Below, piece by piece: positions 9,347 to 23,000 of a DNA stretch of 64,000 nucleotides; the first letter of the stretch is position 1, and each line of letters begins with the position of its first letter. The position numbers and the translations under genes are program-made. The stretch covers positions 52,240 through 116,239 of the forward strand of contig DWWB01000005.1 in NCBI GenBank assembly GCA_019119955.1. Direction: 5' to 3'. The notes beneath the pieces were generated by a model that did no database searches, was not told the origin of the DNA, and worked only from the letters and a program-made list of their open reading frames with translations. The stretch is from Candidatus Enterocloster excrementigallinarum (GTDB lineage: Bacteria; Bacillota; Clostridia; Lachnospirales; Lachnospiraceae).

Positions 9347-11089
9347 TCACCGGTTCCAGCCCTGGACAATCAATTTTTCTTTTGAGCCGCTGCAGGTGGA
9401 GAGCGTCAGGATATCCCCCGGCTGTTCCATCTCCGTATCCATGGCATAGAGGCTGTTCTCCTTACAGCTCTTCGCAAAGTCCTGTACCTCCTCCAGGGAA
9501 CGGAATTGAGACTGATAGGGGGCGATCTCCCCGTTTGGGACCAGGTAAACCGCAAACAGCTCATAATGCCTCCACTCTCCCTGGATGCAGATGTAAAAAT
9601 CCTTGTGTTCCCGCCCGTAGGAAGGCTCCAAATACTTCTTTAATTCTCCAAACATCTCCCCGGACCGCATGTTATGTCCGTAGATTATGGTGTTAAAGGA
9701 AGCGAATGGGGTAACGGACGATTCAAAAAACAGCGCTCCGCAGGCCCTTTGATTTCCCTCAAAGGTCCGTTTTAAATATTTCCGGTTATCCTCGGGCCAT
9801 ACCACCGGATAATGAATCTTTGTATCCGGTATGGCAAGCCATGCGGCATAATCCGGATTCCTCTGCCTCAGCCCTTCCTCGTCCACCGCCGGCAGCCTGT
9901 ACTCTTTGTTATCCCCTTTGTTGTTCTCTTTGCCGTTCTCCCTGTTTTCCTCCTCTGCAATATCCCCAACATTTGCAGTGTTTGCATAGGCTCTCAAGCG
10001 CTGATATTCCCGGGCCCCTTTCTGGTCATCCCGGACTTTCATCATCAAAATTCCGGCGTTTCCGGCTGTCAGCGCCAGACATACCGCCATAAGAACGGCT
10101 GAGACAATTTCACTGCACCTCTTCATATCATATGAGGGCCTCCTTTCCAATGCATTGCTGTATGCCGCAACGGCCTTCATGGTAAAAATCGATTGGTCCT
10201 TCCCTTCTGAAGCGGGAGCTGGCGGTACATCAGAGTATACCGCCTGAACCGCCTTCGCCTTCACTTCGGGCAGATTCACTGTTCCTGAATAGACCGCTTT
10301 GCAGTCCGTCACCTTCCAGTCTCCCATTGCCCTTAATTTCCTGCACCAATGTCCATTTTCCAGATAGGGCGCTCCATCCCACCGGATGTCTGTAATCCGG
10401 TAGTTTTCCCCGGAAACTCCAATGAGCTCAAGGAGCTGTTCCTCATATCCCCGCAGCGGCTTTTCCTCATCCAGCTCGACCTCAGTGCCGTTCAGAAGAA
10501 AACGCTGAGCGTCATCATTGATGATGGTAACGGGAAACTCAAATCCCGGCTCCCAGCGCTCCTCGCCGTAGGAAGCTGACGCCAGAGGGACCTGCACCTC
10601 CACTTCATTTCCCGTCACCATATCTGAAACGGTCAGTACCGCTGCCTCCGGAATGGTTTCTCCCGCAGCAATGGAGGTGTATTGAATCACATCCGATACC
10701 GGCTGCTCCCTGGCGTCTATGATGGTATCGATTACCTCCCAGGATTCCAGATACCAGGTTTCCCTTCCCACCTTCAAGGTCTGTGCCGGCTGATGATTTG
10801 CCGCCTCGTCTGTAAAGGGAGGAGAAGTTTCAATACGGATGTTCCCGGATTCCGATGGTTTTCTGCGTTTTTCCACTACCTCATATTGAATCTCTTCCAG
10901 GTCATACACCATTCCGTCCACGGTAATGGATTCTTCAAATCCCGGTTTCTGCTCCTCCGGCTCATCGGTATCGGCCAGATAGATTTTTTCAACGTACCGG
11001 ACATGTTCCCTCTCCGCTGCCGGGGACCAGGCCGCCATGCAGCCTGACAGAGCCAATATCATCAGTCCCGGAACCATATTCTGTCTCAC
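9347..11089 (-). CDS. srtB: Class B sortase fused in frame to an upstream secreted/lipoprotein-like domain
   Basis: C-terminal NTIIYGHNMRSGEMFG and TLSTC sortase B motifs; N-terminal LALSGC lipobox-like peptide. GTG 11089 follows AAGGAGG; a second strong SD lies before internal ATG 10126. Confidence 0.8.
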   Translation of the reverse strand: MRQNMVPGLMILALSGCMAAWSPAAEREHVRYVEKIYLADTDEPEEQKPGFEESITVDGMVYDLEEIQYEVVEKRRKPSESGNIRIETSPPFTDEAANHQPAQTLKVGRETWYLESWEVIDTIIDAREQPVSDVIQYTSIAAGETIPEAAVLTVSDMVTGNEVEVQVPLASASYGEERWEPGFEFPVTIINDDAQRFLLNGTEVELDEEKPLRGYEEQLLELIGVSGENYRITDIRWDGAPYLENGHWCRKLRAMGDWKVTDCKAVYSGTVNLPEVKAKAVQAVYSDVPPAPASEGKDQSIFTMKAVAAYSNALERRPSYDMKRCSEIVSAVLMAVCLALTAGNAGILMMKVRDDQKGAREYQRLRAYANTANVGDIAEEENRENGKENNKGDNKEYRLPAVDEEGLRQRNPDYAAWLAIPDTKIHYPVVWPEDNRKYLKRTFEGNQRACGALFFESSVTPFASFNTIIYGHNMRSGEMFGELKKYLEPSYGREHKDFYICIQGEWRHYELFAVYLVPNGEIAPYQSQFRSLEEVQDFAKSCKENSLYAMDTEMEQPGDILTLSTCSGSKEKLIVQGWNR

Positions 11090-11091
11090 CT

Positions 11092-14000
11092 TCACCGCCT
11101 CCTTTTTCTGCGCCAGCGCCTGTAAAGTCCGGCTCCGAATCCCGCCGCGGATACCGCCAGTATGCCTGTCACCCATTGGTAGGGGAAGTCATCCCCTGTT
11201 TTTACCAATTCAATCCCTTGTCCACGCAGCTGCGCCAGGGCTTTTCCATTTCCAAACAGACGCCTGTCATATTCCGCCGTAATCCATCCTACGGTCCGGC
11301 CGCGGGGAATTTCCGGCTGTTCCGGCTCTCTCCGATTGACCGCGTAAAATACATAGCTGTTTCCTTCTTCCTGGTAAAATGCTTCGTCTCCGTTCAGCAA
11401 AACCGCATCCCCCTTTTCGGGAATTTGTATCCGGTATTCCCCTTCAAGCTTCTCATAGCCCTCCGGCCCGCTCAGCTCAGTTACGGTCAGGATTCCCGGT
11501 GTTTTGACCGTTGCCTGGAAGACGGTGCCCTCAGACTGTCTGAGCAGGGACAGACTGCGGCCCGATTCATCCTCAACCTGAAACGCCGCGCCCGGCAGGG
11601 GATTTCCCTCCTCATCTACCTTTTTCAGGCGGATGGTATAATCCCTTCCCCCTCCTCCGCCTTCTTTCTTTCTGTTTTCCGCGGTAATCCTTAATGGTTC
11701 TCCATAATCATTGACTTTAAAATGAACGTCAGCCATCGGCTTATAACCGGAAGGAGCCGATACCTCGCGCAGCAGGTAAGTCTCTCCCGCCAGGAGCTTT
11801 CCCTCAATCCGGTAAGCCTCTTTTGTAGAACTCCATCTCTCCACCAGCTCGCCCTCCCAGGTCCGGATTTCAAACTTTGCTCCCGCCAGAGGCCGTCCTG
11901 TTTCCGCGCTTACCTTCAGGATTTCAACCTTTGTCACATCATCCCGCATCTCCACCTGATTGACCGAACCGTCCCGGTTGACGGTAAATACCACATCTCT
12001 GGCATATGCATATCCCGGAGCCGGGTTTGTCTCAATGAGACGGTATTCCTTCCCCGCCTCCAGCTTTCCCACAATCTCGTGGGGCCGATCTGTGGAAATC
12101 CATTCCTCAATCAGCTGATTCTTCTCATCCACCAGCTGCAGCTCACAACCCGGTACCTCCTGTTCTCCCGTTATGTCGGTCTTGGCAATTCTCACCACCG
12201 TAGGCTTATCCTCCATCAGCACAACATCCACTGAGCCGTCCTGGCTGACCGTAAACTTCACATCCTCCGCCCAGGCAAAGCCGGGAGCCGGTCTGACCTC
12301 ACGGAGCCAGTAGGTCTTTCCTGCTGTCAGCTGTTTTTCAAAATAGGCGAAGCTGTCTGTGGTAGTAAAAATCATCTCCTCCCCGTTCCGGAGTGCAGGC
12401 GTTTTATCCTCGTTGAGAATCTGCAAAACCGCTCCCGGAATCGGCGTTCCGCTCTCCGCCCTGGAGGGCGTCGCTTCACCTGGGCCGGCACTTGGGCCGG
12501 CTTCTTCCCATACATTCTTATAAATCCGCACCTTGGTTGTATCGTCCTTCATTTCCACATCATTGATGCTGCCGTCCGGATTGACCCTGAAGGAAATATC
12601 GCTGGCCTTCACAAATCCCTCTGCCGGAATGGTTTCCCGCAGCACATAAGACGCTCCTGCCGTCAGCTCTCCCACAATCTCATGGGGCCTGTCCGTGGAA
12701 ATCCACTCGTCCACTGTATTTCCGTCCTCATCCAATAGTTCCAGATGAGCCCCCGGCAGCTCCTCCCCGTTTGTGATGTCCTTCTTGGTTATCACCGCAT
12801 GGGTTGGGCGGTTCTCCATCAGGATTTCCTCCGCCGTCCCGTCTTCATTTACCTGAAAGGTAATTTCCTCCGCCCAGGCAAACCCTTCTGCAGGCCGCAC
12901 TTCGGTCAGGGTATACCGTTTTCCCGGCTCAAGCCCCCGAATCACATGGGGCGCTTCCCCGGAAATCCACTGGTCCACAATCTCTCCCTTCTCATCTGTA
13001 ACTGTCAGATGGTTGCCCGGAAGCTCTTCTCCTGTGGTCAGGTCCGTCTTGGAAATGACCACCTCCGTTTCCTTGTCGTAGCCGCCGATAGCGGAAATAC
13101 CCGCCTGCTCATCCAGGGTAAAGGACATCCGGCTGCTGACCCGCTCTTCCCCATCGGAATAGCGTGTGATCTCCGTCAGGAAGTAGGTTTCTCCCTTTAC
13201 AAAAAGCTGACGGTCCGACTGGTCCTGCACACTGCGGATAAACCACGAGCCGGTTCCATCCGTCCCAATCTGCCCCTTTGTCTCATAAGATTCCACCTCC
13301 CGTCCATCCTCTTCCCGCACTACTTCGTAGCTGCAGTTTTTGTAGCTGGCCGGGTCAATGGTGATATATTCGTTTCCGGCAAGCTCAATGGCATCGCCGC
13401 TTCGCAGCAGACCGCTCCTGCTGCCCTCGTACCGATAGCTTCCGGCCAGCTCCCTTCCCCGCTCATCCCACAGCCGGATGATAAACCGGCCGGTTTCCGT
13501 CTGGTGCAGTTTTTGTCCGCTGCCGGTCAGTTCGTTGAATACGGTCAGATGGTTGGGCTTCAGGATTGGAACGATTTTGCTTTCGGAAAATTCGCGGTTT
13601 CCAACCTTCACCACCGCGTTAAGCCTCACATCTCCGCCGCAGTCCGCAGCCAGGGAGGAGGCGAAGGACACGCTTCCTGACGTATAGGGCTCCGCATCCG
13701 GAATAATCCACCGGATGGTTTTCCCCTCTGCCTCTCCCTCATAAGCGTCCAACAGTTCTGTGTTTTCATCCATCGCCGCCTCCACCGTAATGGTCTGAGG
13801 CCTGGAACTGGGATTGTAGTAGGTCACCGTGTTGATAACAGGCTGTCCGGCCATAAGGGGTTCTCCAGCCTGCCCGTTCCGGTTTTTCACCACGATTTTG
13901 GGATTCTCCGGGTTCAGGCCATTGGAAATCGTCTGCTCCTGGCCTGCCTCCAGCGGAATCATCGTGGTAATGACGTTTCCCTCGCTGCCGCTCACGGTCA

Positions 14001-17000
14001 ATTCCGTCCGCTCTGCCGTTCTGCCCTCATAAACAAAGCCCTTTTCTCCGAATCGGACCCGCCTGGTCCGGCGCTTCGTTACCACATCGCTTCCGTCGGA
14101 GTAGACTGTGTGCTCCTCAAAGGTGTAAAGCCCGTTTTCTTCCAGCTCATCGGTTTTCGGAATCAGCTGCTCCTTGCCGGTGGCTGCAAAACGCAGCACC
14201 TCCTTTCCCGTCTCATCCAGCATAACGACCTCGTTTTTCAGGACAATCCTTCCGCGGATGGTGACTGCCCCTATGGTATCCTCCTGGATGTTCAAGTCAT
14301 CTCCCTTGACGTAATCCACCTGTACCATGGTCATCTCATTGGAGATTCCCCGGATGGACCGTCCGCTTTTGGAAACGTTAAACAGCACCGGCTTCATCAG
14401 GGTATAGCCTTTGGGAGCCGCCTGTTCCACCAGAATATAGGTCTTTCCGGCCGTCAGTCCCTCCAGCAGATGAGGCCCGCCATTGCTGGTCCACTGCTCA
14501 AAGAGATTCTCCTCCTCATAAGTATAAGTTCCGTCCTCTCCCATCCGGGCCTCGTAAACCGCCAGAGTGGCTCCCTTCACAAAGGCCCCGTCTGTTCCGG
14601 CGTCATTTAACTGGTCAAAATCCTTCTTTTCAATCCGGATTCTGGTGGGACTGTTTTCCACAGAAGTTTCATAGAGCGCATACTCCGCTTCCGGATTTTC
14701 CCGGTAATCGCCGTCTCCGTCAAAGGTGAAGGTGAAAATCCGGGGATTGGCCGCGAAACCGTCCGGCGGCGTAACTTCTTTCAGCTTGTAGGTGTAGGCT
14801 TCCACGCTTCCGTCTGCTTTGACCGTTCCAACGGGAAGTCCTTCCGCCGACACCGTCCCATTGGTATCCGATACGGTAATAGGAAATCCCTCCACCCGTT
14901 TTCCGGACCTTTCATAGGCGCAAAGCTCAAATACAGCTCCTCTCAGAAGTTTTCCGTCCTCATCGGTTTTTTTGACCAACAGCTTTCCCTTGACAGGCTG
15001 ATTGTTCCCCTGAATTACCTGGGCCGTTTCGCCTCCTCTGTAATCAATCCGCACCGGCTTCATGACCTGATAATAAGCCGGGCTTTCCGTCTCCACCAGG
15101 TAATAAACGCCGTCCTCCAGTCCGTAAATCACATGAGGCTTCAAATCTCCAATCTCATAGCCCGACGGAATCCGGCCATTGATGCGGTCCGTTTCCGTAT
15201 AAACGCCGTCCGTTCCGGAAACCCACTGTTCCAGCAGATATTCCGCTTCCTGCACGCACTCGCCTTTTAAGTCAGCCCGGTACAGAGCCAGCTTCGCCCC
15301 GGGAAGCTCCTCCCCTGTTTCCGAGGACACCTTGGACAAGGCCAGATGCTTTCGCTCGTTGAAAACATCGTGCAGCTGCACATCCACCGTCTCTTCCACC
15401 TTCACGGCCACCGGTTCCGCCTTGACGTACCCTTCCGGCGTCCTGGTTTCCACCAGCACATACCTGCCGCCCACAGGCAGGTAATCCATCCGGTAACGGC
15501 CGTCCGCCTCCAGCCATGCATTGGCATAGGCGTTTACCTGGGGCAGGGTATGATAGTTGAACTTGTAATCATAGGCAAATTCCGTGCCGTTATAACGCAC
15601 ATCGGCCAGCACCTTCTGTCCGGTTTCCTCAATCGTCAAAGTGATTTTTGCCACATCCGGATATTTCGGTCCGCTGACTGCTGCTTCCACTGATTCGATT
15701 TCCGACACCTTCGCCGTCCGGGCAGCCGCCCACTTTAGCTCCAGCTGTCCTCCGGTCATCTCTTCATAGGCAGCCTTAAACCCTTCCCGGTCCTCACGGC
15801 TCATACTCTCCGGAAATATCGCTGCATCCTCCTCAACCACAATCCTGGAACCATCCTCCAACAGCCACACATTGGAGTCCCTGCTGCTCCGTCTTGCGCT
15901 CCGGCCTGCGGACCAGGAAAATCCGGTCCCCTTGACGCCGTAAGCTTCATACATGCGTTCAAATTCCAGAGTGAAGCCGGTCAGCTGGTTGGCCCCGGAG
16001 GTATTGGCGTAGTCCTTCAGATTGATGTTCTCCGTATAGTCGGAGGCATCGTCGCTTACCCAGCTGTCAATCCTCCGATCTTCCTGGTACTGTGGGATTC
16101 CATCCTGGTAAAGGATTTCCCCGTTCTCATCCGTTTCAGCTGCATAAAGGGCAAACTCCGCTCCATTTAAGAGCTTCCGTTCCATTCCCTCTATGGTGTA
16201 TTTTTCAAAGGCAACCTTGGTATGGTCGTCCATCATCCGGATGCTGACAATCTCCTCCTGATTTTCCACACGAACATAGACCGGCTGGGACTTTACAAAT
16301 CCTTCCGGCGCGGAAAGTTCCTCCAGGATATACCATCCTGCCGGGATGCCCTCCAGATAAACAGGCCGCGCCCCCGTAGTCCAGACCGCCGTCAATTCCC
16401 GGAGTTCTCCTGCCCTGCTGTCCGTGGTCTCAAACCGCAGGGGATTGTCCGAAAGCTTCACCAGACGGTATCCATCCGGTTCACCGGCATCCATCTCCAT
16501 CCGGGCCGGATAGAGGGCAATCCGGGATCCGGATAACTGACTGTTGCTGTAATGGGCCGGCCCCTCTGCGCTCTCTCCCGCCGTCCGGTAGTTTCCTTCC
16601 CGGCCCTTCTGGTCCATATCCAGTACCTTCACCTGACTGGCTGCCGGGCCGTCGATTTTTTCAATATAAATCTTCGTGGTATCATCCTTCACCTCCACGC
16701 TCTTGATTTCGGCAGATTCCTCCACCGTGACGCCCACAGGCTCCGCCTTGACATAGCCCGACTGCCAGGGAGCGGAAATCTCTTCCAGGATATAAGTTCC
16801 CGCCGGAAGGCGTTTCAGCAAATCCGGCTGCCCCGCCGTTTCTTCCGTGTCAAAGGGGTTGTTGGGCGTCCGGTCCGAGGTCATCCAGGTGTTTTCCAGA
16901 ATGTAGCTTTCCCCCAGCCGGTGATACAGCCTGTCCTGGGTCTGAATCTCCAGGCTGCTCTTTCCATCGTACAGGTCGTCCCGCTCATCCAGGGCATAGG

Positions 17001-20000
17001 CCGCCCGGTTGTACTCTTCCAGATTGTCGGAATCCTTGTAGCGGACAAAATCCCCGTTCCGATCGTAAATTTCGCTCCCCTTGTCGTAGGTTTCCCCGCT
17101 GCGCTGATAATACAGCACCAGACCGTGCTCGTCGTAGACAGGACTCATGTACTTCAGGAAATCTCCGTTCCGGATATCCATCAGGATTTCCCCGTTCAGA
17201 TTTTGGCCCTGGCTGTTGGTTTTTACCGTCTGCTCCTTATGGCTCTCCTCCCCATTTTCCGATTCCCAGGAGCCGTTGAGAAAACCGGATTCCTGATGTT
17301 GGTAGGATGGCTTTTCACTGTCTTCTATCTCCTGCCCGCTCTGGTTGATGGGCTCAATCACTGCGTTCTCGCCGTACCCCTCTTTATTTTCTCCAAGGGT
17401 GGCAATCCGGGATGTGGTAATCTTATCCCTTGCGGTCACATTTCCATTTTCATCCCGATGCACCTCCACCGGCCACACCAGCACCCGGTCCGCCCTGTGC
17501 GTGCCCGCCTCATCCGTCACCGGCTCCAGCACATAGGCCATGCCGGTGTAAGGGTCCACCATGGCGTCCCGGCGTCCCTCTGCGTCCAGGTGGTAAACAC
17601 GGGTTCCCTCGCCCATCTTCCAGGTATGGCGGCTGTTCTTCCACTCCATCCGGGCGAAATCTCCTTCCAGAATCTTGCTGACGGAATTGTAGGAAAGCTT
17701 CCTTAAGTCTCCGCCCGCGAATTCCAGATAGGCCTGCCCGCCCTTAAAAGCGTAAATGGAGGGCTCCCGGTCGCTCTTACGATGGTTCTGCATATCCGAC
17801 TGAACCTGTTCCACCGGTATTTTCTCATGGTCCTTATTCCAGCCGTACAAAATATCCCGGCCGTCCACCCGCTCCGTCCAGGTAAGAGAAAGGGAGTCCA
17901 GGTCATAGTACAAAATGTCCGTATCCGGCCGCTCCACCCTTCCCTCCTTCCACACATATCCCTTTTTCGTCACCGGCCTTCCGTCCTCCCCGGTGCCGAC
18001 CACATAATCCTCCAGAATCTCTTTTCCATTCTCATCCGTCTCCTTCACCAGCTCGGTCTTTTCCCCGGCATAGCCCTTCCTTACAAACAATTCCAGCACC
18101 GTTCCCGTATTGCTGCGGTTCACCGTCAGACCTTCATAGGCGTGGTCCTCCGTATCTCCGGAAGGGGTCAGTTCAATGGCGTCAAACAATGTCATCCGGG
18201 CCCCGGCCACATAAGGATTGGCGTCGTCATCCGTATCCCTGGTCCTGGTCACATAGCCGTACCCGGCAAAATGGCCGTCCTCCCAGACAATTTCTACCTG
18301 CTCCCCTGCCTCCTTCAGCGCCTGCAGCCGCTCCAAAGTTCCCTTCGGATAGGCATATCCCAGATAAACCCCATTGGAATAGGCGTACTCCAGCTGCGGG
18401 TTTCCTCCGATTTCCGTCAGACTTCCATCCACCCGCTCCCCAATCCGGAAGGTCACCTCTCCCGTTTTTTTCAGTTTCTCTACCTGAAGCTTAATCGGCA
18501 CATTCTCCACGTAGATTTGGGCCACATCTGCCTGGACCTGTGACTCGTTTTCTTTCTCCTGACCGCCCTCTGCCCCTTTCTCATAGACAGCCGCGCGGAC
18601 TCTCTGGTCCTTGCCGCCTTCTTTATAGTAGGTTACCTGGTCGGAGTACACCTCAATGGCAATGGGAGCTGTCCGCACATAACCTCCGGGAGGAATCTCG
18701 CACAGCACGTAAACGCCTGCTCCCAGAGGCTGGGGCGTTTCCAGATAGCCGGCGGCCTGGCGGCGGTACGCATTTGGAGCTTTATCGGTATCCTCGTCCT
18801 TCATGGAGATGTCGCCGATGGTGGAAAAGGCCTCAAACTGCCCCACATCCTTTCCCTGCCCGTCGGACATGACGATTTTATCCTCCTCATGGCAGACCGG
18901 AGTTCCGGCTTTTACGACACCGGAATAGAGCGTACCGGCTCCCTCCTCATCCCTTATCAGACTTTCAATGTGTTCCGCCCCCATAGCCTTCAAAAATTCC
19001 TCGCTTCCCCGGATGGTGGTATCTTTCTCATAAAACAGTACCTGTCCGGTGGTCTCGTCCCGTTCTGCCCGGTAGAGCATAAACAGGGCGCCGTCGTGGA
19101 GAAGGTTCTCGTGGGTTTCACTGTCCAGCTTCTCGATCCGCAGCTTGGCGGAATAAAAACGGTTGCGGTAAGCACCGTCCGCGTATCCCTCCAGCCCAGA
19201 TGGAACATACTGCTTCTCATCTTCCGGCTCCGCCACGGAATAAGGCACCAACATCGGAGCATATAGGCCGTCATAAGCCGTCTGAACGCCCTGCATGGCA
19301 GCGGCGCTGCGGTAAACTGCTCCGCTCTCTTGTCCAAACCGGATAGTTCGGGCCATTCCGCCCTGCTCGGATACGGAACCATAGTGATAGCGCTTCTCAA
19401 TCCCGTCTGTCTCGTAGGCTTCCCCGTTGGCCGTTGTCAGCCCCTTGTTCCCATCGTCCGCGTAATAATGACTGTTGTCATTGGCGCCCTGGTCTTTCCT
19501 CAGGGCGGTTCCAAATACCTGGTGAATGGGATTATAGTAATCCTTCAGAGGGTCATACTCCTCCTGGGTGATTCCGAATCCCCGGTAGTCATAGCTTCCG
19601 CCCTCATAGGAAATCCTTCCGGTCAATTTGTCCGGCTCCAGGCCGTACTTGTAGACCTCAAAGTTGCCGCTGTTGTTGTGGGCGCGGATAACGTACTGCC
19701 GCTCATCGCCTCCCCGGCCGTTCCACTCCTCTCCGAAACGGATGGCATATCTTCCCGCCTGTGTGGTCAATGCCATTCCGGCGTCGTACTCATATTCCCG
19801 GCTCAGCGTTCGGTCTCCGGAAGTTTCCGTTCCCTCTTCATAGACGGCGGGGACCATCACCTCTTTGGGCCGGTCAATCCGGTAATGCTTATTAAGGAAG
19901 TCGTTAAAGGCCTCCTGGTCTTTCCCCACATATTTGGGCTGCTGCTCTGTGACCACATAGGTTCCGTAGGGCAGATAGGAGGATAATCCATAGGTATACG

Positions 20001-23000
20001 CTCCTCCGTCCAGGTCGGCGGACAGGGTCGTCCTGTCCCCGTCTGCCCCGCCGCCTGCTCCGCTGTCCCAGGGGATGGCGTAAATCTCATCCAAATCATA
20101 GTTGAAGAATGGCTTTAAATAGTTGTAAGCCTTCTCCAGGGCATAATTCAGGGCTTCATCATAGAGTTCTTCGGTATAACGTTCCTTCTCCTTCCCTTCA
20201 TTTTCATTCTGGCTGTTATCCGCCACCAGCTTCGCTGTCTCGTCATCCAGATACCAGGCAATGGCGAACTGGCGCACCTGGTCGGAAGCTTTGGCGTTGT
20301 TCTCCGCATATGCGCTGCGGTTTGCCTGATTTCCCAGAGGTTTCCAGGAGGTGTAGGTCTGGTTTTTGTCGTCCCATTTGTCCACATTAGCCACTTCCAG
20401 AGCGTCGAAGAACTTCTCGTAGTTGTATGTCCGGACCGTAATGGGGCTGCCCCCATTCTCTTCCTGCTGTTCCACCGTCTCCAGGATTCTGGTATATCCC
20501 CGATTCTGCCGGGACCGTATGGCGTCACTTTTTGCCACATCCTTATTCTTGCCCCGATAGCTGTACAGAGCGTCATTCGGCAGCACTCCCACGCCCTTTT
20601 CCGCGATGGATGTATCGTAAGGCGTTTTCCACGCGGCGTTGGTATCTGCCGCCTCTGGATCCTGATAATCAGAAAGGGTATTATTGCCGTTCGCGCTGGT
20701 CAAATTGGAGCCTGTGTGATGGTCCGCTTTTGTAAAAAGCTTTGGTACATTGGTCTTTTGAACCGTCCCGTTATCGGAATGAAGCGGAAAATCGGGAGAA
20801 ATAACCTCCGTATAGCTCAGCTCATTTCCATTCCGGTCCAGCCAGGTGATAGTTCCCTCCTCGTCCCGGTACAGCCGCTCCAGGTTGCTCTTTAAGTAGG
20901 CCTTAAAGCGGAAGTTCGCGGCTTTTTGGATTTCTTCCACCTGGTATGTATTATGGGCGTAGCTTCCATCCGGTTCTGTCCGGATATTCTTTGCCACCTT
21001 GAGTTTCTGCCGGATGGGGCGCTGGTAAACAACCGCCGGGGCCGTCCCCGTATTTCCATCCAGAATCACCGTCCGGCTGTCCTGATTTCCCAGAGAAATA
21101 TTGACCAAATAACTGCCTTCCGCCGCCATGGAAGGAGCGGCGCCGGTGTTGACATGCTCCGCCGCGTACTGGCCCGGAAGCTGACCATTCACCTGGCTGA
21201 CCCCGTAGTTAATTTCAAAATTCAGGATTCCATCTTCCGGAATCTGCTCCTGCTTTACATGGATTATATAACGGCTGTTTGCGGCGTCGTAGGAAATCTG
21301 CGCAGCGGGAAGCTTCTGCTCCTGCTTTTCCTCTATCGTCACCGTCTCTTCCACCCTTTCATAGCCGGAAATATACCGCTGGGTGGCAACAGATCCGTCC
21401 TCATTTAACAGGTCGTCCCCCTCCTGGTAAATCCAGTAGCTTTCCCCCATCACCTCCTGATATTCCAGCTGTTCCAGGTCCTCGTACAAGCTGACGGAAT
21501 CCGCGTCAGGGACCAGAACCTTTAAGGAAGCCTCCGTCAGAAAGCCGGCCTCATTTTCTTCATACCGGGTCAAATCCCTTCTCTCATAAGGCACATAGAC
21601 GAATCCCTCGCTGCCGTCCATATCCACCGGCTGCTTTACCAGAATCCGGTCATGCTGCTCATCGTAAAGACAATCCGGCTCTTCGCTTCCCTGCACGTAG
21701 GAATAGCGCAGAACTCCGTACCAGCCGTCCTCCCCCTGGATTACATCCTCCAGGTAAACCGCGTTAAAAGCCGTCAGCTCCTTAAGGGCGGCCGTCAGAT
21801 CTTTAGCCCACTGAGTTTTCGTCTCTCCCTCCATCCGGATTCGCTTCCAGGGCGCCCCCAAAGAGGGTCTTTTGTAAACTTTTCCCAGATCTATATTCGT
21901 CTGCATCAGAAATTCCATCATGGAATATTCATCATCGGCCCCCAGAACCGGCGGCTCCACGGCAAAATAATTCCTGGGATAAACCGTCCGGTACTGAGGC
22001 AGCGATTCTGTGACCGCCGTTACCTCCCGGCTGTCCCCATTTGGAAGCGCTATCACATCTCCCACCTGGGCCGCAACAGGCTTTCCTTCAATCATGACCC
22101 GGTTTCCTGCCACAGCCTTCTGATTTCTCACCGACCAGATAGGCTTCTCGTAGCTCATGGTTTCCTCTTTTTTCACCATCTCGTAGGTGCTGACCTGGGG
22201 AAGGCATTCTTCCGGCATACCATAGAGGTAAATATCGTAACCCTGCTCCCCGATTTCCCTGCTCTCCGCCGTCAGCAGATTGCCTGTGTACTGTTCATTT
22301 TCCGTCCATCCCTTCAGGGTGACGCTTCCCTCCACCGCCTCTCCTCCGTGCTCCATGGCGTCCTTGTTGGTTACCGAAGCGTTTTTTCCATAAACAGACA
22401 GCTCATAGCCCTCGCTTCTGGACAGCTCCTTGATATAATAATCTCCCGCAATCAGCGGCCGCCCAATCCAGCAGTTTCCGTTGCCCGACTGGTTGTCCTG
22501 GACCTCAAAGCTTACTTCCTGATTGGACGACAGGCGGCGGTATCCTCCATCCGTCCCGCCCCCGGATTCCTTGATTCTAAGAGCTCTTCCCTCTTTGTCA
22601 TGGCCCGCGAACTGCTCATTGTCCTGATTCAGGGCTACAGAGTCCGCCTCTCCTATATACAGGTTCTCCGGCCCGTCAAAGGAAAGGTCCGTCCGCTTCT
22701 CAATGGAGCCTGTTTCATAATTGTAGGTACTGCCAGGGGCTTCCGTGTAGGCCATAAAGGAGCCGTTTCCATCCCGGTCCGTGGCGGCCACGGCCGTCAG
22801 GTCATTTTGATGGTAAACGACGCCCGTCTTTCCATCCGGATGGACAAGATCGCTCCTGGCAAATAAGCCGTAGACGGCCCCCTCCAGCGTCCCGTCTCCG
22901 TTGGACTGGCCATAGGCGTTATAATCTTCATCCTGAACCAGGTCCAAATCCTGCTTGTTAAAGTGGATTTCTCCTTCCTGCCGGTGGTCGTAGACGATGA

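Noticed and set aside
11900-13100. Repeated DNA segments in the giant gene as a CRISPR array or DGR template/variable pair
   Set aside because: In-frame Cna-B domain repeats with ordinary divergence; no spacers, adenine-specific pattern, cas or reverse transcriptase gene.
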